Of a stretch of DNA of 64,000 bases, positions 56,314 to 64,000 are shown piece after piece. The DNA lies in NCBI GenBank assembly GCA_951406725.2, contig OX597820.1:75516001-75580000 (forward strand). The letters are read 5' to 3'. The notes under the pieces are model-generated. The model ran no database searches. It was not told the origin of the DNA and worked only from the letters and a program-made list of their open reading frames with translations. The position numbers and the translations under genes are program-made. Numbering within the stretch: position 1 is the first letter of the stretch; each line of letters opens with the position of its first letter. Origin of the DNA: Octopus vulgaris. Its lineage: Eukaryota.

Positions 56314-56806
56314 TGTGGATAATTATGGTGTGAATGTTAGGGCTTATTAACCAATCAGTACCAAATTAGAAATGAGTGAGTGCCAGGCGTATTTGCTTCC
56401 GTATTTGAATAATGATTTAGAATCCGGCTAGATTTGGATTAGTCGCATATCTTTAACACCAATAAAATTTATTTGCGGTATATTTAGACAAATTCAGATA
56501 ACTGTATCCCTATTTTATGATCTTATAACAAATTCAAAAATCAAAAGAATTTCCAAATACAACAACAAAGAACACTCAATTATATAAATTCGAGGAAGTG
56601 TCCTTAGCAACAAGTGAAATGATTTGGAAATGTGAGTTGAAATTAAAACAGCGCCGAAGACACATGGTAGCCATTCAGACATATACAAAAACTGTTGATT
56701 TCACTTAAACATTTACTGTTTGGAGCCAAAAATATCATCGCACCAACTGCAACCTATCACTGACGTGGTTCCACTACAATGGAGTTTATAGTTTTCGTGT
56801 GTTATA

Positions 56807-57497
56807 CAGGGTGATTGGAAAGTAACTCCCTATTTTAAAATGCTTATAATTTATTTATTAACTATAATTTTCTTCTCAAATTTGTTGTGTATGTTCTTTA
56901 ATGCATGGGAATTGATACCATGTTGTTGTTTTTTTCAGATTGATTATTTTGTTTGAAATTTAGAAGCCCTACAAACATGGCTGGATGTTTTACTATGCAG
57001 GAACATGCCCAGCTAGCTGCACATTACGAAGTTTGGAGATCAGTTGTTTAAGTGCAAAGATGGTGGAGGACAATTAGAGGAAGACATGTTCAAGTTGATG
57101 CAAAGATAATTAAGAATTGTCATGCAAAATTCATGTTTACAGGATTTGTAGCTGATACTTGAAGTGGTCGTCCTTCCATATTCATCAAGGTCTGCATGAC
57201 TGGCTGGTCAGAAGCCCTGATTTAACACCCTGCGACTGTTTTCTTTGGGGTTGGTTAAAGGAGGAAATCTTCTCTACCAAACCAATGACTTTGGAAGAAC
57301 TTGAAGGGTGAATACGAGAAGTTGATGTGGTTCCCAGGCGGCTTCAGAAGCTGGTGGTGAATGCTGATGCCTGTATCAAATTTTAAATAAAATTCCATGC
57401 TATACACTTTCTTTACATATTCGTATTTTCTAAAAATTATAGTTAATACATAAATTATAAGTATTTTAAAATAGGGAGTTACTTTTCAATCACCCTG
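56807..57497 (+). mobile_element. Internally deleted Tc1/mariner element (rosa/DD41D-like)
   Basis: TA|CAGGGTGATT...AATCACCCTG|TA with about 60-bp TIRs. Encodes N-terminal HTH remnants ending SGRPS and RSPDLTPCDCFLWGWLKEEIF. Confidence 0.9.
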
Positions 57498-57957
57498 TAG
57501 AGTAGCGTATATGTGTCTTCCACACAGTAATTATTTCGCTTTTTAGTTTCAAAATAGTTCCACTAAATCCCATACACTTCGGTATCATTTAATTACATCT
57601 GAATATTCTCAGTATCATAGACACAAGACCTGAAATAGAGGCTAGTCATTACATCAACCACAAAACTTGACTGATAAATACGTTATCGACCTCAAAAAGA
57701 TGAAAGGCAAAGTCAACCTCGGCGGCATTTGAACTCAACGAAAACACGGATGAAATACTGTAAAACATTTTGTCTGGTGTCCAAAGTCTTCAGCCAAATC
57801 GACGCCTTATTGAATAAGAATCGCTAAATAATAATTTCTTAAACTGGCAATAGCGTTTACTATTCTTATAGTCACCAACAGATGGCTTTATAACAAATGA
57901 TAAATGCACCACAAGTTTAGCTCGTGCAAAATTGTTATTCTACCACTTTCTATATAG

Positions 57958-58192
57958 TGAAGGCGTTATCTAGTGGTTAGAATGTTGCCCTCATAATCAC
58001 GAGATTGTGTTTCTGTTTCCAGAACAGGACAGTTTATTGTGTATACTTGAGCAAAACATTTATTTTCCTCGTTGCTCTTGTGCACTCAGCTGTCAATGCG
58101 GAACTTGTGGCAAACTGGCGTCGCATTCAGAGGCAATGCTGTGATCACGTTCATTTACACGCCATGGAAACTGGGTAATCGGCGCTATGAAT
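57958..58192 (+). mobile_element. SINE family C, degenerate
   Basis: TAGTGGTTAG head followed by the CTTGAGCAAAACATTTATTT..CGTTGCTC body. Confidence 0.65.
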
Positions 58193-58427
58193 TCAAGTAT
58201 TAGATGTCAGTAATGGGTAACCGCTACCGTTTACTCATTATATCGACCGTACAATTGAATACGATGATATTAGGGCAGAAACTAAAATATTTGGGACTCT
58301 TGCACCTGGTACCAAAGAAGAGAAAAAAAGCAACGCAAACTAATGAAGCCCGATGTAACAAAACAGTGGATCTACGCATTTCAAATGTATGGTGGAGCGT
58401 AATTGAATTTTATGTAGCAATCCCTAA

Positions 58428-58724
58428 TGGACGCACATGGCTAAATGGTTAGAGCAGTGACCTCGCAGTCGTGGGATCCCGCGTTCGAATCTCAGACTGG
58501 GCGATGTGTGTGTTTATGAGCGAAACACCTAAGCTCCACGCGGCTCCAGCAGAAGCTCTGCTGACTCTTTCGCCACAACTTTCTCGCACTCTTTCCTCCT
58601 GCATCTAGCAGCTCACCTGCGATGGACCGGCGTCTCGTCCAGATGGGGAACCTATACGCCAAACAAACCGATAAACCAGCCTTTATGAGCCAGGCATGGC
58701 TCGAGAAGGAACAAGCAACAACAA
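58428..58724 (+). mobile_element. SINE family D with (CAA)n tail
   Basis: tRNA-like head with B box GTTCGAATC and the family D body. Confidence 0.8.
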
Positions 58725-58959
58725 CAGTAATCCCTCGCCTTATCGCGGTTCACCTATCGCTATTTGTTATTCAAGCTTACGTCGATTCCTCTGTGGTGTT
58801 GTTTTGCATTTATAATAGAACAAATATTATCCAAATTATAAAAAAAATAATAATAAATATACAGTACACTAGTGTTTCTACTACGCGGATTTTCACATCG
58901 TTGGGGGGGGGGGGGGGGGCGTTTGGAACGTAATACCCGCGATAATCGAGGGATTACTG
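58725..58959. mobile_element. pogo/Tigger-like MITE, copy 3
   Basis: CAGTAATCCCTCG...CGAGGGATTACTG|TA. Confidence 0.85.
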
Positions 58960-59194
58960 TATTTGTTTCTGTCTTTGAGCTGCGGTCATGCTGGAGCAGT
59001 CGAAAAGTTTAGTCGAATAAATCGGCCCCAGTATCTTTCTAGTACTTTCAATATGGGGCCCTTCAGTCAGATCACTAAATCACAGAGGCTTAGACTAATC
59101 AACGCTGGTTGTCAAATAGTCTGGAGAAACAAACACACAAGACGATACCCCTGAATTAATCTTCTCTCTTCGCTCTTATACGCCATTTGGTCTC

Positions 59195-59692
59195 AACTCT
59201 CCCCCCCTCCTCATCTAACCCTCCCTCCTCACCTACCTCCTCCCCGACCCCTACTTCTCTTCAGTCCTTCATCCTTTCACCCCTACTCCCCTTCCCTTCT
59301 TCCCTCTTTCTCCCTCTTTCTCCCTTCTTCTCTCTTTCTCCCTCCTTCCCTCTTCCCCTTCCCTCTGCCCCCTCACTCCCCTTCTCTCTCCCCCTCTCCC
59401 TCTTTCCTCCTTCCTCCTCCCCCTCTCTATCCCCCTCTCCCTCTTTCCTCCTTCCTCCTCCCCCTCCCCCTCCTCCCTGCTCCCTCACTCCCCTTCTCTC
59501 TCCCCCTCTCCCTCTTTCCTCCTTCCTCCTCCCCCTCTCTCTCCCTCCCTCCTTCCCTCTTCCCCTTCCCTCTGCTCCCTCACTCCCCTTCTCTCTCCCC
59601 TCTCCCTCTTTCCTTTTTCCTCCTCCCCTTCCCCCTCCTCTCCCCCCCTCTTCTCCCCCTCCTCTTCCCCATCCCCCTCTTCTCCTCTCTCC
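59195..59692. repeat. About 500-bp polypyrimidine/polypurine tract
   Basis: Almost pure C/T on the plus strand, with an internal about 65-bp duplication (about 59340 and 59546). Confidence 0.95.
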
Positions 59693-59766
59693 ACACTACA
59701 CCACACGACTTTACACATCACATCATATATACATACACACGTCCAGACCTCTCATACGCACTAATA

Positions 59767-59807
<41 letters not shown>

Positions 59808-59879
59808 ATGTTGGAGTAGGTCATTCAACCCTATTATCTCCCCTAATTTCGCTCTCGCGTCTCATGTTTGATCTTTGAC

Positions 59880-60102
59880 TTCTGGCCGAAATCAGATCGC
59901 CATGTTGATTCGTTAGTTACTGCACGCATATTTTTTTCTCTCCTTCTTTCTGTGTTTTTTTTCTCTGTGTATCTTTCTGTTGAAGAGCATAGGCTCGAAA
60001 CGTTAAAGACTTGTTTTATTTATATTTCCTGAGCGCCATACTAATACAATTGTTTGTTTGTTTTCCACCTGCCTTCGTCTTTTGTCTATTTTCATAAAGC
60101 TT

Positions 60103-60105
<3 letters not shown>
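59880..60105 (+). mobile_element. Short TA-adjacent element with variant hammerhead (59973-60008)
   Basis: CTTT-CTGTTGA-A-GAGC-ATAG-GCTC-GAAAC-GTT-AAAG. Confidence 0.65.
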
Positions 60106-60164
<59 letters not shown>

Positions 60165-60328
60165 TGGGGTAAGGGTGGCGTGTGTGCGTGTTATATTATT
60201 CTCCATGAACAGAATGAAGCGAAAATTACTAAATGGCTGATCTTCCTCCTAGGTGTTTAACAAATTTAATTATGAAATATTATAAAATAATGTATATTTA
60301 TATTTTATTTTTTATTTTTCTTACTTAT

Positions 60329-60367
<39 letters not shown>

Positions 60368-60374
60368 GTATCGC

Positions 60375-61024
60375 ATCATGAAAGATATCAAATATACTTT
60401 ATTAGCAATGAAGCATGTAATACATTACAAATGTTCAAAATGTTGGCCGGGTAGCTCTAAACAATATAGAATTTGAAATTTCGATGAACCCTCTCAAATA
60501 GCTCTTCATTGCCGTTGACTTGTTCACATGCTTCAACGATTCTTTAGAGAAGATCTCCTTGGTCACGAATCTTTTTAGAATACACAAGGAATTTAATGTA
60601 GCCCCAGAAAAAAGTCAATGGGAGCTAAATCTGGTGAACGTGGTGCCCATTCATTTGATCCTGGAAAATGATCATTCAAAAAATCGCGAACCTGTAATTC
60701 ATAATGGCGCGGAGCCCCATCCTGCTCAAATCGGACAGGATTCCCCCTTCCAAGCGCATGCACGTGATGCATCATCTCGTTGCCAAGCATGTCCAGATAC
60801 GAATCACCTGTCACGGAGCCCTCAAAATAAAATGGACCAATTACTTGATTGTGCCAAATCCCACATCACACCATTACCTTGCCCTCGCATTGTTGGTTAT
60901 CCGCCTCCAACGAATGAGGATATTTTTGTGAGTAATATCGGCAGTTATGAAAAGAGATTAAAAATATCAGAATGTTAGCAATTTCACATATTGCAGGATG
61001 GTGCTTGACTTTATAACCACCCTG
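60375..61024 (-). mobile_element. Tc1/mariner (rosa/DD41D-like) transposon remnant
   Basis: 5' TIR TA|CAGGGTGG at 61024. Encodes FEQDGAPRHY..WAPRSPDLAPIDFF and C-terminal GQHFEHL*. Confidence 0.85.
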
Positions 61025-61038
61025 TATACATACATATA

Positions 61039-61088
<50 letters not shown>

Positions 61089-61104
61089 GAGAGAGAGAGA
61101 GAGA

Positions 61105-61496
61105 CGTAGGAGTGGCTGTGTGGTAAGTACCACTGCGTGAGACCTTGAGCAAGTGTCTTTTACTATAGCCTTGTGAATGGATTTGGGAGACGGAAACTGA
61201 AAGAAGACCGTCGTATATATGTATATATATGTGTGTGTGTATGTGTGTGTGTGTGTGTGTGTGTATGTGTGTGTGTATGTGTGTGTGTATGTGTGTGTTT
61301 GTGTTTCTGTGTTTGTCCCCCAACATCGCGTGACAACCGATGCTAGTGTGTTTACGTCCCTGTAACTTAGCATTTCGGCAAAAGAGACCGATAGAATAAG
61401 TACTAGGCTTAAAAGAATAAGTCCTGGGTTTCATTTGTTCGACTAAGGGCGGCGCTTCAGCATGGCCGCAGCCAAATGATTGAAACAAGTAAAAGA

Positions 61497-61497
<1 letters not shown>
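61105..61497 (+). mobile_element. SINE family A with deleted head segment
   Basis: Family A sequence lacking the B-box region. Confidence 0.85.
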
Positions 61498-61545
<48 letters not shown>

Positions 61546-62271
61546 AACAAGTTGGCCAAAAGTTACCTGACTGTAAATCAAAGCCATTTAAGTCCTAGAT
61601 TTATTTATTTTTGATAACTGAATGAATTTGATGAAAGCATCTAAATATGAAACATCATGAACATTGTTCAAGCTTAAGTATTTCTTCAGCGACAGATGTT
61701 TCCAAATTTATAATAAAACCGAATATGAAGTATTTATGGAAATTTGCTTTACTGTCTGGTGAGCTTTGGCCAAGCCTGTATCTCTTATCTTACGAAAAAC
61801 AAATACACAGCCATAGATGACGATCCTCCACGCCGTCTCCATCAACCAGATTCCCTCACAAAGCATTGCTTGGCCAAAGATGATACTTTGGTCACAGAAG
61901 CCGAAACTATGTGGGTGCAAAACAAGCTTCTTTACCAGATAGCCATTCCAAATTTGCATATTAAACTGAAACATGTAATTGGAAACATTGCAATTAACTA
62001 TACCAAAGTCTTCTGTTTCTGTATTTTAGTTCCAGAAACAATAAACCTTTCAACAATAGGCACGAGGCCTGACATTTTGGGGGGAGGGAAACAGTAGATT
62101 GCATCAAGCCCAGATTTTCACTGGTATTTAGTTTAACGACCCCGAAAGGATGAAAGGTAAAATCGACCTCGGTGGATTTAAACAACCACAACAACCACAA
62201 CAACAACAACAACAACAAAAACAACAACAACAACAATAATAATAATAATGATAATGATAAAAATAATAACA

Positions 62272-62605
62272 ATTAGCATGCCCAGCTGACAACAAGGTAT
62301 GTGATAAAGAAAGAAAAGTCGATAGATATGACAGGTTAGCTTGGGAAGTTAAGCAGTTGTGGTCGGGGGAAAGGATGCAGTAGTACCAAGAATTGTCGGA
62401 GCCCTGGGAACTGAGCAAAAATCTCGAGTACTACGCGAAACAAATATGGGCTGCAATAACGGTGTAGAATTTGCAGAAAACAGCACTGCTTGGAACCGGT
62501 CGAATACTCCGGGAGGTACTCGAAAATAAAAGGTGTTACCTTAGTTCACTGGTAGTGAACAGCTGACACTGCAATACCTATCCAGCGTTAGAAGCTGTGC
62601 AAAGG
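62272..62605 (+). pseudogene. R4/Dong-like non-LTR retrotransposon 3' end within AAT/AAC repeats
   Basis: Frames give ACPADNKVCDKE, KVDRYDRLAWEVKQLW, VVPRIVGALG and LQKTALLGTGRILREVLE, typical of the R4/Dong C-terminus. Flanked by (AAT)n-like repeats. Confidence 0.8.
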
Positions 62606-62732
62606 TAATGATAATAATAATGATAATAATGACAGTAAATTTTTGCCAGAAGGACAGCTTGGGGGAAGGGCGTTAAGTCTATTGCATCAACTCCAATGCG
62701 TAACTGGTACTTACTTAATCAGAAACAACAAC

Positions 62733-62801
<69 letters not shown>

Positions 62802-62982
62802 CTTTTCTACTGGAAGCAAAAGGCCTCGAATTTGGGGAAGGTCTTAAGTCAGTTGCTTCGACCCCAGTGAGTATCTGATACTAATTGTATCGACACCGAA
62901 AGGTTGAAAAGCAAAGTCGACCCCGGTGGATTTCAACAACAACAGCAACAATAACGACGACGATGACGACGACGACGACGAC

Positions 62983-63025
<43 letters not shown>

Positions 63026-63420
63026 GTTATGATGATGATGATGATGATAACGGAACATATGCTTTTTTATGAAAAAGGAAAAAAAATCTTTGGTTTACAA
63101 CTGTCTGCCCAAACTTGGTGTAGCATTTGACGGGTAATTTATAAATAGCAGATAGCGTCTTGTTTCAGGATATAAAGTAGAACTTAAAATTAAATGAGCG
63201 AGGGCAATATGGAGAGAAAGCTTTTGAGCTAGAATCGGAACGGTAATTTTATACAATTTGACGTCGAAAATTCATGATTTCATAATTGTACGGTCATGCA
63301 CCGATAGAAATATACGCCTAGGTTTTGTTATTTAATTCTATCGTTCTGACACTCCTGATGGTTTCCCATTCTTCATCTCAGTACTCACATGGCAACACAC
63401 ACAGCAGATTATATAGATGT

Positions 63421-63494
<74 letters not shown>

Positions 63495-63748
63495 TATGTA
63501 TGCATACCAACTAGACGTTATGGGTATATATTTATATGTATGTGTGTGTATATATATCGATATAGATACATAGATGTGAAGAAAATAAACTTCATTTTAC
63601 AAACGCAAACAAACATACATATAAACATATATGTATATATCTATATATATACACAATTATATATACACATAAGTGTATATGTATGCAAATTCTACACACA
63701 CACACATATATACACATGTAGATATGTATGTATCTCTCCCCCTCTCTC

Positions 63749-63787
<39 letters not shown>

Positions 63788-63846
63788 CTCTCTATCACTT
63801 TCTCTATCTCTTTCTCCCTCCATCTTTCTCTCTCTCTCTCTCGCGA

Positions 63847-63880
<34 letters not shown>

Positions 63881-64000
63881 CATATACATACACACACAAA
63901 CACACACGTAAAAACATACACACATTTATATACAATTACGTACATACATACATAAATTTCTCGAAACCAAAAATGTTTAATAGAATTTTGAAAAGATATC

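Noticed and set aside
59187-59819. 210-aa Pro/Ser/Leu-rich ORF
   Set aside because: A by-product of the stop-free polypyrimidine tract.

Overview
AT-rich, microsatellite-saturated eukaryotic DNA with no recognisable intact host gene, so it is probably intergenic or deep intronic. The SINE families look like those I recall from Octopus (cephalopod) genomes, an inference that has not been checked against a database. Almost all ORFs in the track are translations of (TA)n/(CA)n/(TATC)n/(TTA)n repeats. Real content: (i) dozens of copies of four tRNA-headed SINE families, here called A-D; (ii) decayed DNA transposons (several Tc1/mariner derivatives, three pogo/Tigger-like MITEs, a probable Helitron end); (iii) 3' fragments of non-LTR retrotransposons (CR1-like, R4/Dong-like, NeSL/R4-like, CRE-like). 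The most striking unexplained signal is about 18 hammerhead-ribozyme (HHR)-like motifs (CUGANGA-stem II-GAAAC-palindromic stem III-NUH) in short non-coding elements, many embedded in (TA)n tracts. They include a 355-bp unit with 55-bp direct terminal repeats (retrozyme-like), an 81-bp perfect inverted repeat around a canonical HHR, a probable tRNA-headed HHR SINE, and recurrent core variants (CCGANGA, CUGUNGA). Coordinates were read by eye, and repeat boundaries are approximate.
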